Source: Syntrophorhabdaceae bacterium (GTDB lineage: Bacteria > Desulfobacterota > Syntrophorhabdia > Syntrophorhabdales > Syntrophorhabdaceae). Taken from it: DNA of 64,000 nt. The notes under the pieces are model-generated. The model did not search any database. It worked only from the letters and a program-made list of their open reading frames with translations, and had not been told where the DNA came from. Numbering within the stretch: position 1 is the first letter of the stretch; each line of letters opens with the position of its first letter. The translations under genes were made by a program, and so were the position numbers. Below are positions 21,718 to 31,446 of the stretch, in pieces. The stretch lies in NCBI GenBank assembly GCA_963665295.1, contig OY762209.1:5344001-5408000 (forward strand), read 5' to 3'.

Positions 21718-22959
21718 ATGACACATATGCTCGTATCTTTCCTATTTCTCTTATTTACCGCGTGGAGCGCCGTTATTGCCCTCGGGGCAACCAGGGACGA
21801 AGCGGTAAACACGGCGCTTAAGAACAACCCCGAGCTTCAGGCCCTGCGATATGAGGAGGAGGTCGCAAAAGCGCAACTGCAGAAAGCGAAGCTTCCTCTC
21901 CCCGCGAACCCGGTTGTGGGGGGCTCCCTGTCGAAAAAGGACAGACCCGCCGGTGATACGGGGAGCGGGAAATATACCAACTACGGCATCACCCTGTCCC
22001 AGGAATTCGAGATAGGGGGCCAGAGGGGTCTCCGGATAGACCTGGCCCAGAAGAATCTCTCGAAGGTCGGGTTCCTTATAAAGGACAGGGAGAGGGTTCT
22101 CACCTACGAAGTGAAGGACGCCTTCGCCCGGGCCCTTTCTCTCGGGAAGAGAGCGGAACTGGCGGGAAAAGTGGTGGGCTTGCAGGGAGAACTGCTTGAC
22201 TTCACGAGGATAAAATACAAGGCGGGAAGTGTTTCCGGCCTGGAGGTAAACCTCGCCGAGGTAGAACTGGGCAAGGCGAGAAGAGACCTCCTCACCGTGG
22301 AGAGGGAACTGAAAGAGGCCCTCGTCATGCTCCAGGGCCTTATGGGCATGAGGCCCGAGGCCTCCTTCATGGTTCGGGGCGAGTTGTCACCCGAGACTTA
22401 TGTCCTGCCCGACAAGGAGACCTTGAAGGAACGCGCCGCCATGACGAGACCGGACCTCAAGGCGTCCGTTGCGGAGGTTGACATCTCCGGTACGGCCGTG
22501 GACCTCGCGAAGAGGCAGGCCATACCCAACGTGACTTTCGGCGGTTTTCAGGCCAGGGACCAGGAACAATTCGACCGGGGCGTCCTCATGTCCGTCTCTA
22601 TCCCTCTTTTCGACAGGAAACAGGCGGAGAGAAAGACCGCCGAGGCCAGGGCGTTTCAGGCAAGGATAGCCCGATCAGGGGCTGAAAAGGGGCTCCTGAG
22701 GGAGATCGAAGGGACCTACAACAACCTCGTCCTCACCCTCGAGGAACTCGCGGTCTTTAAAAAGGACATCATCAATAAGTCGATTGAGACCCTGAACCTT
22801 CTCAACTTCGCGTTCAAGGAGGGCAAGGTCAGCTTTTTCGAGGTCAGGACCGCCCAGAAGGATACGCTGGAAATGCAGTTCGCCTATCTCGACACGGTAT
22901 TGCAGGCCGAGAGGTGGATATACGCGATCGAGAGGGCCACGGGAGGTACCGCACGATGA
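21718..22959 (+). CDS. czcC: Outer membrane efflux protein, TolC/CzcC family
   Basis: Signal peptide, ALKNNPEL, LSQEFEIGG, RPDL, SIPLFDR; first gene of a CBA operon. Confidence 0.88.
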   Translation: MTHMLVSFLFLLFTAWSAVIALGATRDEAVNTALKNNPELQALRYEEEVAKAQLQKAKLPLPANPVVGGSLSKKDRPAGDTGSGKYTNYGITLSQEFEIGGQRGLRIDLAQKNLSKVGFLIKDRERVLTYEVKDAFARALSLGKRAELAGKVVGLQGELLDFTRIKYKAGSVSGLEVNLAEVELGKARRDLLTVERELKEALVMLQGLMGMRPEASFMVRGELSPETYVLPDKETLKERAAMTRPDLKASVAEVDISGTAVDLAKRQAIPNVTFGGFQARDQEQFDRGVLMSVSIPLFDRKQAERKTAEARAFQARIARSGAEKGLLREIEGTYNNLVLTLEELAVFKKDIINKSIETLNLLNFAFKEGKVSFFEVRTAQKDTLEMQFAYLDTVLQAERWIYAIERATGGTAR

Positions 22960-24176
22960 AGGGATTTCTACTCGGACGAAAGAAACAGGTCGCCATCGTT
23001 ATTATATGCCTTCTTATCGCTTCCATATTCGGAGTCTCTATGGCTATCCGGAAGGGGTCGTCAAAAGGCGACGCCCTTCAAGGGGGCAAGGGGGGCGCGG
23101 CGGGAGAACCGGAGTCCGGCGTAGTCGTACTCCCTCCGGAAAAACTCAACGCCTCGGGTATAGAAGTGATCAAGGTCTCCCGTGAACCGGTCACCGCGCC
23201 CCTTATGGCCACCGCCGCCATCGAACTCAACGCGGACAGGACCTCCAGGATAAGCTCAAGGGTCGCGGGACGCATCGTGCGTCTTGCCGTATCCCAGGGA
23301 GACCGGGTGCGGCAGGGTCAGCCTCTCGCGACCATGGACACTGTCGAACTCGACCAGATATGGTCGGACTACAGGAAGAACACGGGAAGGTATGACCTCG
23401 CCCGGAAAAACCTCAAACGGGAGGAGGCCCTCTTTGAAAAGAACGTGGCCCCGGAAAAGGATGTACTCAAGGCGCGGCAGGAACTGAGCGAGGCTGAGGC
23501 AGACCTTACCCTCTCAAAGGAACGTTTTCGTCTCCTGGGGATCAATGCACTGGACACCCTCCGGAACGGGGATGTTCAAAGCCGGCCTCTCATCCCCATC
23601 ATCTCGTCGGTGGGAGGGGTCGTGATCGAGAAGTCGGTCACTCAGGGTGAGGTGGTAAACCCTGAAAAACTGCTCTTTGTCGTGGCCGACCTCACCACCC
23701 TGTGGGTGCTCGTGGATATTTACGAGAAGGACATGTCGCGCCTCAAGACGGGCGCGGTCGTCCATGTGTCTGTGAACGCCTTCCCGGACAAGACGTTCCG
23801 GGGCAGGATATCCTATATCGGTGACGTGGTTGACGAACGCACGAGGACTGTCAAGGCCCGCGTCACCATCGACAATACGGAAGGACACCTGAAACCGGGC
23901 ATGTTCGCCACCGTCTCCGTAGACTCCGATAAGGACGCCGTCACGGAAAAGGTTATCGCTGTTCCCGAGGAAGCCGTCCTCGTCGACGGGACGGACAGGT
24001 ACGTCTTTGTCCGCACGGGCGATGGCCGGTTCCGGCGCACGGACGTGGCCCTCGGACGCCCCATGGGCAAGCAGGTCGAGATAACCGGGGGGCTCTCCGA
24101 AGGGGATATGCTTGTGGTGAAAGGGACGTTTCCTCTCAAATCGGAGTACAAAAGACAGTCGCTCAGGGCCGAATAA
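22956..24176 (+). CDS. czcB: RND periplasmic adaptor, CzcB family
   Basis: N-terminal anchor, GDRVRQGQPL, ADLTTLWV, TRTVKAR, LKPGMF; ATGA overlap with the czcC stop. Confidence 0.9.
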   Translation: MKGFLLGRKKQVAIVIICLLIASIFGVSMAIRKGSSKGDALQGGKGGAAGEPESGVVVLPPEKLNASGIEVIKVSREPVTAPLMATAAIELNADRTSRISSRVAGRIVRLAVSQGDRVRQGQPLATMDTVELDQIWSDYRKNTGRYDLARKNLKREEALFEKNVAPEKDVLKARQELSEAEADLTLSKERFRLLGINALDTLRNGDVQSRPLIPIISSVGGVVIEKSVTQGEVVNPEKLLFVVADLTTLWVLVDIYEKDMSRLKTGAVVHVSVNAFPDKTFRGRISYIGDVVDERTRTVKARVTIDNTEGHLKPGMFATVSVDSDKDAVTEKVIAVPEEAVLVDGTDRYVFVRTGDGRFRRTDVALGRPMGKQVEITGGLSEGDMLVVKGTFPLKSEYKRQSLRAE

Positions 24177-24188
24177 GGAGGGGACACG

Positions 24189-27100
24189 ATGCAGAGAATT
24201 ATCGATTTTGTTCTGAAGCAGCGCCTCCTGGTGCTCCTTTGCCTGGGCCTCCTCGTTGCGGCGGGGCTCTTCAGTTACAAGACCATCTCCATCGACGCCT
24301 TTCCGGATGTGACCAACGTCCAGGTCCAGATCATCACCCAAACCCCCGGCATGTCCCCTCTCGAAACGGAGAGGTTCGTCACCGCCCCCATCGAGTTGCA
24401 GATGAGCGGCCTCACAGGACTCAAGGAGACAAGGTCCATATCGAAGTACGGCCTCTCTCTTATCACCCTTGTCTTTGAAGACAGGGTCGATGTCTACTTC
24501 GCCCGTCAGCTTGCCCTGGAACGTCTTATCGAGGTAAGGGACCGGCTCCCGAAGGGGGCGGACCCATCCCTTGGACCGGTTTCCACGGGTCTCGGTGAGA
24601 TATACCAGTACACCCTCGAAGGGAAGGGAAAGAGCCTCATGGAACTGAGGACCCTGCAGGATTGGGTAGTGAAGAAGGTCCTGAAGTCCGTCCCCGGAGT
24701 AATCGAAGTCAATTCCCACGGCGGAGACGTGAAGGAATACCAGGTCATCGTGAGTCCCGAAAAACTGATCAAATACAACCTTTCCCTGAAACATATCTTC
24801 GAGGCGGTGGCGCAGAATAACGCCAACGCGAGCGGCAGCTACATGAACATCGGCGGAGAAAGGTATGTCATAAGGGGCCTGGGGCTCCTCAAGACCCTGA
24901 ACGACATAGGCAATATCGTGGTTACGTCGTCCCGGGGAACGCCCGTGTTCGTAAAAGATATTGCCGACCTCAAACTCGGGCCCGCCTTCAGTCCCGGTGC
25001 GGCGGTACGGAACGGCGAGGAAGCGGTGGCGGGAATCGTCCTCCTTGTAAAGGGCGGCAATTCCATGGTGGTCGTCAAGAAGATAAAGGACAAGATAAAG
25101 GAGCTTCACAAGATGCTCCCCGACGGTGTCCGGACCGTTCCCTTCTATGACCGCGCCGAACTGGTGAAACGGGTGCTCTCCACCATCACGTGGGCCCTGG
25201 CGGAAGGTTCCGTCCTTGTCATTGTGGTGCTCTTCATATTTCTGGGAAGCGTGAGGACCGCCCTGGTGGTCACCTTCTCCCTGCCCCTCACCGTACTCCT
25301 CACATTCGTCATCATGAAACAGGCCGGGCTCACGGCAAACCTCATGTCCCTGGGAGGTCTTGCCATAGCGATCGGCATGATCGTGGACGGGGCCGTGGTT
25401 ATCGTGGAAAACGTGTACCGGGAACTCTCGGAGAATAAGGAGAAATCACGCACCCATATCGTGGCTGAGGCGGCAAAGGAAGTGGTAAGGCCCGTCTTTT
25501 TCGGGATATTGATCATTACCATCGTATTCCTGCCCCTCTTTACTCTCACCGACGTGGAGGGAAAAATGTTCATCCCCCTCGCCCTGACCGTGGTGATAGC
25601 CCTCGTAAGTTCCCTTGTGGTCTCCTTCGTGTTCGTTCCCGTTTTCTCCCTCTTCGTCCTGAAGCCGGGCAAGGAGCAGGACACCAGGCTCCTTGCCGCC
25701 ATCAAGCGGCGCTTCCGGCCCATACTCGACTGGGCGCTCTCGCACAGAAAGAAGGTAGCGGTTCTCTCGCTGGCGCTCCTTGGGGTAAGCCTCTGCCTGC
25801 TGCCCCTGATCGGCCGCGAGTTCATGCCCATCATGCAGGAGGGCGCCATCGTTATCCAGCCCATAAGGTTTCCGAGCGTCTCCCTGGAGAAATCCATAGA
25901 GATTGAAAAGCAGGTCCACAAGATCATCTTCTCCTTCCCCGAGGTGGAGACCATGGTCTCCAAATTGGGCGGTTCGGGCATTGCCACAGACTCCCAGGGA
26001 CCCGAGATTTCCGACCCTATTGTCACCCTCAAGCCTCGATCCCAATGGAAAACGGCAAAAACCCAGGAAGCCCTTATCGCGAAGATGCGTGAACGCCTCG
26101 AGGCGGCCCTGCCCGGAGTGGGCTTCAATTTCAGCCAGCCCATAGCCCTCAGGGTCGACGAGTTGATCTCGGGCGTTAAATCGCAGCTCGCCATAAAGAT
26201 ATTCGGCGATGACCTCGACGTCCTGAAGCAGAAAGCGGAGGAGATCGCGAAAATCATGTCTGCCGTGAAAGGCACCACGGACCTCCGGGTGGAGCAGGTA
26301 TCCGGACAGCCCTACCTCCACATCGATTTCGACAGGAATGCGACGGCACGGTACGGCATCAATATATCGGATGTCCAGGAGATCATAGAGACGGCGATCC
26401 GGGGGGGTCAGCCCACCGAATTGTTCGAGGGAGACAAAAGGTTCGCCGTGAGGATACGGTTCCCCGAGGAAAAACGGAATAATGCGGAAACCATAGGCAA
26501 ACTGCTCGTCCCCGTACAGGAAGGCCGGGGCATACCCTTGAATCAGGTGGCAACCCTGAACCTTCTCGAAGGCCCCAACCAGATAAGCCGGGAGAACGGC
26601 CAGAGGAGGATCGTCATCGAGTGTAACCTGAAAGGCCGCGATATGGGGAGTTTTGTCGAAGAGGCCCAGAAAAAAATCGGTGGAAAGGTGACCCTGCCTG
26701 CGGGGTACACCATGAAATGGGGTGGACAATTTGAAAACCAGCAACGGGCCATGAAGCGCCTTATGGTCATCGTGCCCATCACCCTGGTTCTCATATTCGT
26801 CCTTCTCTATTTTACCTTCAACTCCGTAAAGAACGCCCTCCTCATCATTTTGAACATCCCCTTCGCGCTCATAGGAGGGATAGTCGCCCTCTTCCTCTCG
26901 GGCCAGTACCTGAGCGTCCCCGCGTCCGTGGGATTTATCGCTCTTTTCGGGGTGGCGGCCCTCAACGGGATCGTTCTGGTTTCATGTGTCAATCAACTCA
27001 GAAGGGACGGAATGCCCCTGGACCAGGCAGTAAGGACCGGCACGGAGCTTCGCTTGAGGCCGGTGCTCATGACCGCGTCCGTGACCCTCCTCGGCCTTAT

Positions 27101-27254
27101 ACCCCTGCTCCTCTCGTCGGGGATAGGGTCGGAAATACAGAAGCCTCTCGCAGTGGTGGTGGTGGGTGGTCTGATAACCTCGACGCTGCTCACTATAGTC
27201 GTATTACCGACCTTTTACAAGTGGTTCGAGGAAAATGACGAGCAAGGGTCATGA
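24189..27254 (+). CDS. czcA: Heavy-metal efflux RND permease, CusA/CzcA family
   Basis: IDAFPDVTNVQVQI, GLGEIYQY, ANLMSLGG...VDGAVVIVEN, RLRPVLMTA, GSEIQKPLA. Confidence 0.95.
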   Translation: MQRIIDFVLKQRLLVLLCLGLLVAAGLFSYKTISIDAFPDVTNVQVQIITQTPGMSPLETERFVTAPIELQMSGLTGLKETRSISKYGLSLITLVFEDRVDVYFARQLALERLIEVRDRLPKGADPSLGPVSTGLGEIYQYTLEGKGKSLMELRTLQDWVVKKVLKSVPGVIEVNSHGGDVKEYQVIVSPEKLIKYNLSLKHIFEAVAQNNANASGSYMNIGGERYVIRGLGLLKTLNDIGNIVVTSSRGTPVFVKDIADLKLGPAFSPGAAVRNGEEAVAGIVLLVKGGNSMVVVKKIKDKIKELHKMLPDGVRTVPFYDRAELVKRVLSTITWALAEGSVLVIVVLFIFLGSVRTALVVTFSLPLTVLLTFVIMKQAGLTANLMSLGGLAIAIGMIVDGAVVIVENVYRELSENKEKSRTHIVAEAAKEVVRPVFFGILIITIVFLPLFTLTDVEGKMFIPLALTVVIALVSSLVVSFVFVPVFSLFVLKPGKEQDTRLLAAIKRRFRPILDWALSHRKKVAVLSLALLGVSLCLLPLIGREFMPIMQEGAIVIQPIRFPSVSLEKSIEIEKQVHKIIFSFPEVETMVSKLGGSGIATDSQGPEISDPIVTLKPRSQWKTAKTQEALIAKMRERLEAALPGVGFNFSQPIALRVDELISGVKSQLAIKIFGDDLDVLKQKAEEIAKIMSAVKGTTDLRVEQVSGQPYLHIDFDRNATARYGINISDVQEIIETAIRGGQPTELFEGDKRFAVRIRFPEEKRNNAETIGKLLVPVQEGRGIPLNQVATLNLLEGPNQISRENGQRRIVIECNLKGRDMGSFVEEAQKKIGGKVTLPAGYTMKWGGQFENQQRAMKRLMVIVPITLVLIFVLLYFTFNSVKNALLIILNIPFALIGGIVALFLSGQYLSVPASVGFIALFGVAALNGIVLVSCVNQLRRDGMPLDQAVRTGTELRLRPVLMTASVTLLGLIPLLLSSGIGSEIQKPLAVVVVGGLITSTLLTIVVLPTFYKWFEENDEQGS

Positions 27255-27293
27255 AACCATGGAAAGTACACAAGACGAATCCGAGGAGAAAAG

Positions 27294-27635
27294 ATGAAAG
27301 AGATCAAGGCGATACTGCAACCATTCATGTTGTCGAAGGTGGCGTGGGCCCTTCAACAAGTCCCTGACTTTCCGGGGATGACCGTGTCCAGGGTCCAGGG
27401 CTTCGGCCGGGGAAAGGCAAAGGGCGCGCCCGATGCGATCATGGAGGACCTCATCGACTACGTGCCCAGGGTAAGGATAGAGATAGTCGTGAAGGACGAT
27501 ATGGTCGAAAAGGTCGTGCGGACCATCGCGCAGAACGCCCATACGGGAAACAAGGGCGACGGCAAGGTATTTGTCTGCAATGTGGAGCATATCATAAGGG
27601 TGAGGACGGGCGAAACGAATGAAAACGCCCTCTAG
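27294..27635 (+). CDS. PII-family protein
   Basis: MKEIKAI, GMTVSRVQGFGR, AHTGNKGDGKVFV, RVRTGE. Confidence 0.92.
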   Translation: MKEIKAILQPFMLSKVAWALQQVPDFPGMTVSRVQGFGRGKAKGAPDAIMEDLIDYVPRVRIEIVVKDDMVEKVVRTIAQNAHTGNKGDGKVFVCNVEHIIRVRTGETNENAL

Positions 27636-27685
27636 CGCGGATCTTTCCCGGTTCGGGGCGGTTTCGCGCGAAGGAGGGGAGAAGA

Positions 27686-29440
27686 TCAGCCTTCCAGCGT
27701 CCTTTCGATGATCTCGGCAAGCTCACGCCTGCTTACGGTCTTCGAGGTAAAGGCCCGGATGCCCGCCTCGGCAATCATGGCCGGGGTGATGGTCTCGTTG
27801 AAACCGGAACAGAGGATAACGGGTATATCGGGTCTGATCTCTTTCACCTTCTTCGCGAGGTCGATCCCCGTCATGTGGGGCATGGTATAATCCGTAATGA
27901 CGAGATCGAACTGGTCCGCCTTTGCCTCGAAAGTCCGCATCGCCTCCGCGCCGCTCGTGTGAGCGACCACGTGGTGGCCAAGGTTCCTGAGCCTTGTCGA
28001 ATTCATCTCCACGAGCATATCCTCGTCGTCCACAAAGAGAATCCGCGCCTTCCTCCCCGGGGTGGCGCCGGACTCGCCCGCCTTTGAAACGGCCCTCCCC
28101 ACGACCCTGGGCAGATAGACGCAAAAGACCGACCCGTGGCCGGGTGTGCTTCGGACCGCAATGTGTCCCTCGTGGCCCTTCACAATCCCGTGCACCACGG
28201 AAAGCCCCATCCCTGTTCCGTGACCGGCCTTTTTCGTGGTAAAAAAGGGATCGAATATCTTTTCCAGGAGGTCGTGGGCAATTCCGCACCCCGTGTCCCC
28301 CACAGAAAGCTCTACGTAGGGACCCGGTTTTATCCCGCACTCCAGGGCTTCCGCCTCGGAAAGGTCCCTGTCCGTGAGGCTCACTTCAAGTACGCCACCT
28401 CTTTCCCGCATGGAGTGGGCGGCATTCGTGCAAAGGTTCATGATTATCTGGTGTAACTGGACCTGGTCCGCAAGTATTCTGTCGTGGACCGTGAAAGGCT
28501 TCTTCCTGATTTCCACGGTGGACGGAATGGCGGGACCGAGAAGCTTGAGCGCCTCTTCAATGACCTGCCCCGCGGCGACCTCTTTGCGCTCGGTCTTTGT
28601 CCGGCGGCTGAAGGTAAGGATCTGTTTTACAAGCCCCCGGCCCCGCATGGCGCCCTTGAGCACCAGCGTGAGCTTGCGGTGCAGGGGACTGTCGGGCGGC
28701 GTCTCTTCGAGGGCCATCTCCGTGAAACCGATTATGCCGGCAAGGATATTGTTGAAGTCATGAGCGACGCCTCCCGCAAGAGTGCCCAAGGCCTCCATCT
28801 TGTGGGACTGGCGAAGCTGCTCCTCGACTTTCACCCGTTGCTCCGTCTCAGCCCGGAGGGTCTCCAACGCTTCCATCAACTCACCTGTCCGCTCTTCCAC
28901 CCTCAGCTCGATCTCACGCTTCGACCTTTCCAGGGCGTCACGCATTTCGGCGAGGTTCATCACCATGGCGTTGAAGGACTCGGAGAACTCTCCCATGAAG
29001 TCCACCCGTTGGGTAAAATCCCCCCTGGCCACCGCCTGGGTCTGCCAGGTAAGATGACGGAGGTTCGCCTGGAGGGCCTTGAGACTGCCCGCCATGGCGC
29101 CCGTAGCCTTGAGAGGGTGCGAAAGGTCACCGTTACCCAGGGCAATGGTGAAACGCTGTACCGCCAGCATGTCCGCGAGGAGACGGGCCACCTTGTCCTC
29201 ATAGGCCGGTCCGCCCACCGATTTCCCGGGCAAGTCCGTGGCTTTCGACCAGATAAGGTCTATGGCGTCGAATATCCTGCCTGCCTCGTTCCCGTCGGCA
29301 GTCCCATGGGCGCCGGTTCCCGCCGACCGGCCGAGGGCCGCTTCCATGGTTCGACTCAAACGGGCGTAGTTTTCGGGTGTTTTGGTTTCAATCGCAATAT
29401 CGAGCTGTCGTCTCAGTTCAACCAGGATATCCTCATGCAT
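27686..29440 (-). CDS. Soluble hybrid histidine kinase (HAMP-HisKA-HATPase-REC)
   Basis: AHDFNN H-box, [14 protein letters not shown], receiver FVDDE/ITDYTMP; no TM segment; start at MHEDIL. Confidence 0.92.
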   Translation of the reverse strand: MHEDILVELRRQLDIAIETKTPENYARLSRTMEAALGRSAGTGAHGTADGNEAGRIFDAIDLIWSKATDLPGKSVGGPAYEDKVARLLADMLAVQRFTIALGNGDLSHPLKATGAMAGSLKALQANLRHLTWQTQAVARGDFTQRVDFMGEFSESFNAMVMNLAEMRDALERSKREIELRVEERTGELMEALETLRAETEQRVKVEEQLRQSHKMEALGTLAGGVAHDFNNILAGIIGFTEMALEETPPDSPLHRKLTLVLKGAMRGRGLVKQILTFSRRTKTERKEVAAGQVIEEALKLLGPAIPSTVEIRKKPFTVHDRILADQVQLHQIIMNLCTNAAHSMRERGGVLEVSLTDRDLSEAEALECGIKPGPYVELSVGDTGCGIAHDLLEKIFDPFFTTKKAGHGTGMGLSVVHGIVKGHEGHIAVRSTPGHGSVFCVYLPRVVGRAVSKAGESGATPGRKARILFVDDEDMLVEMNSTRLRNLGHHVVAHTSGAEAMRTFEAKADQFDLVITDYTMPHMTGIDLAKKVKEIRPDIPVILCSGFNETITPAMIAEAGIRAFTSKTVSRRELAEIIERTLEG

Positions 29441-29475
29441 TCCTTGCTTTTCTCCTTTTCCGGATCGGTCCCGGG

Positions 29476-30024
29476 TCACGGACTTGTTGAGACCTGCGCC
29501 TCGGCATCGAGCATCGTCGCGATAAAACGGCAGGTGCGGTCTCCGGTACACCAACAGTCCACCTCTTTGACCTCGAACCGTTTCCCGGAAAATCTTTCCA
29601 GCAACCCCGCAATGAAACCTTCATCGTATACGCAGATCTCATAGTCGAGTTCGGGAAGGCCGGAACATTCGAGGTCCTCCGAAACGGTAAATACAAAGGA
29701 ACCTCGCACAGGGTCCGATTGTTCGATACGGAGTATGCCGATGGCCATTTCCCTGAAAACCCTCTGCAGTTCGCTCAGAAACGTGGGGAGGTCCGTGATG
29801 CCGCCCAGGATGTTCTCACAGAATTCCATGCCTGAAAGCTTACCCGCTTCATAAAAGATCCGGTCCGTCTTCTCGGCGCCGAAGTGCTGTTCCATTACAT
29901 CCCTGAAGGAAAACTGCATCAGCCTGTATATTTCGAGCCTTGTATCTTTTCCGAGGTTCGGGCGTCCCGATTCAAGATCCCCCAGAAGCCCCCATGAAAA
30001 TTGATACTTACGGTCCACGTCCAC
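29476..30024 (-). CDS. V4R domain protein
   Basis: EDLECSGLP, ICVYDEGFIAGLLE, EVDCWCTGDRTCRF; GTG start after GGAGG (ORF is open from 30120). Confidence 0.88.
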   Translation of the reverse strand: MDVDRKYQFSWGLLGDLESGRPNLGKDTRLEIYRLMQFSFRDVMEQHFGAEKTDRIFYEAGKLSGMEFCENILGGITDLPTFLSELQRVFREMAIGILRIEQSDPVRGSFVFTVSEDLECSGLPELDYEICVYDEGFIAGLLERFSGKRFEVKEVDCWCTGDRTCRFIATMLDAEAQVSTSP

Positions 30025-30266
30025 TATGCCTCCAAGTCTGTCGTGCCGGCCGCTCTTCCGGTCCGTCCGGGGATATGCGGTTTCGCCAAAGAACAGTATC
30101 TTATTGTACTCACAATCCATCCTTCATAGCAATCGTGCGAAGACCGGGGCCGTTTCCGGGAAAGTCTTGCGGTCCGCCGGGCTCAATGCTTATATAGACT
30201 GTAAGGAGCGCGGGAGCACCTGCCTCCTATACCCCACAATACACTATAAGACCATTGGGAGGACTT

Positions 30267-30842
30267 ATGAAGACGGACAACGAATTTTCCATTCTCGGGT
30301 TCGCGGGCAGCCTGAGACGGGGTTCTTTTAACAAGGCAATCCTTCGGGCCGCCGTGGAACTGGCCCCGGAAGGGGTGGACCTCGAAATATTCGACCTCGA
30401 AGGCATCCCGCCCTTCAATCAGGACCTTGAGGGTGAGCCGCCTGAAAGGGTAAGGGTATTCAAGGAGAAGATAAGGGCGGCGGACGCAATCCTCATTGCG
30501 ACGCCCGAGTACAATTACTCCATGCCCGGAGTTTTGAAGAACGCCATCGACTGGGCATCCCGCCCTTACGGTGATAACGCCTTCGGGGGCAAGGCGGCGG
30601 CCATAATGGGCGGGTCCATCGGCATGATCGCCACGGCCAGGGCGCAGTACCATCTCCGTCAGTCCATGGTCTTCCTCGACATGCACCCCCTGAACCAGCC
30701 GGAGGTTATGGTGCCCTTCGCGGACAAGAAGGTGGATGAGTCGGGACGCCTTGTCGATGAGGCAACCCGGGAGAAGATAAAGGACCTCATAGCCGCCCTT
30801 CGGCAGTGGGCCGGGAGACTCAAAGCCCGGGCCTCCTCATAA
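30267..30842 (+). CDS. NAD(P)H-dependent FMN reductase (ChrR/SsuE-like)
   Basis: GSLRRGSFN, ATPEYNYSMPGVLKNAIDWASR. Confidence 0.93.
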   Translation: MKTDNEFSILGFAGSLRRGSFNKAILRAAVELAPEGVDLEIFDLEGIPPFNQDLEGEPPERVRVFKEKIRAADAILIATPEYNYSMPGVLKNAIDWASRPYGDNAFGGKAAAIMGGSIGMIATARAQYHLRQSMVFLDMHPLNQPEVMVPFADKKVDESGRLVDEATREKIKDLIAALRQWAGRLKARASS

Positions 30843-31008
30843 CGGATTGATTCCAATAGCCCTTCCGGCGTCCGGAACAGCCTCACGGGAGAGACGCCTC
30901 CGACGATGGGGCGCTTTCGCCTTGCCGGAGGGGGAGCGGTTCTGATACAATAGATGAAGCGCCCGGCAAAGATGCCGACGGCTCATCGAAATCACGTAAG
31001 GAGGCTCC

Positions 31009-31446
31009 ATGAAACTTCCGGAATACATCACTGCGGCAGAAGTACGAAGGGTATGCGCGGAACTCGGCATTCGGGACTGGTCGGTCCTCACCACGGTGGA
31101 CGTCCTCCCCGAAGAAGCGGCGAAGATCCTTGCCGAGGTGAATACGGAGAAGATGGGTATCGACCTCGACGAATACCGCGCGGGCCTCAATGTGGAACTC
31201 GAACACGGCACCCGGTTCAAGGACGCCAATGTTACCAACAACCACCCCATAATCACCGGCATGATCGTCCTTGCCCATCTCAAGGAGTCCCTCGACTATT
31301 ACAAGCTCCTCGATGTGGCTGAACTGGAGGGCGATGTTCTCAAAGCCATCGCTTCCGGCGACGCGGCAAAGACAAAAAGGGAGTACCGGAAGCTTGCCGA
31401 GGCAAAAATAGCCCTCGCAAAGGCGGAGATAAAGGCCCTAGGGTAA
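31009..31446 (+). CDS. DUF5661-like protein
   Basis: GLNVELEHG...NVT...IVLAHLKESLDYY motif; AGGAGG RBS. Confidence 0.7.
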   Translation: MKLPEYITAAEVRRVCAELGIRDWSVLTTVDVLPEEAAKILAEVNTEKMGIDLDEYRAGLNVELEHGTRFKDANVTNNHPIITGMIVLAHLKESLDYYKLLDVAELEGDVLKAIASGDAAKTKREYRKLAEAKIALAKAEIKALG

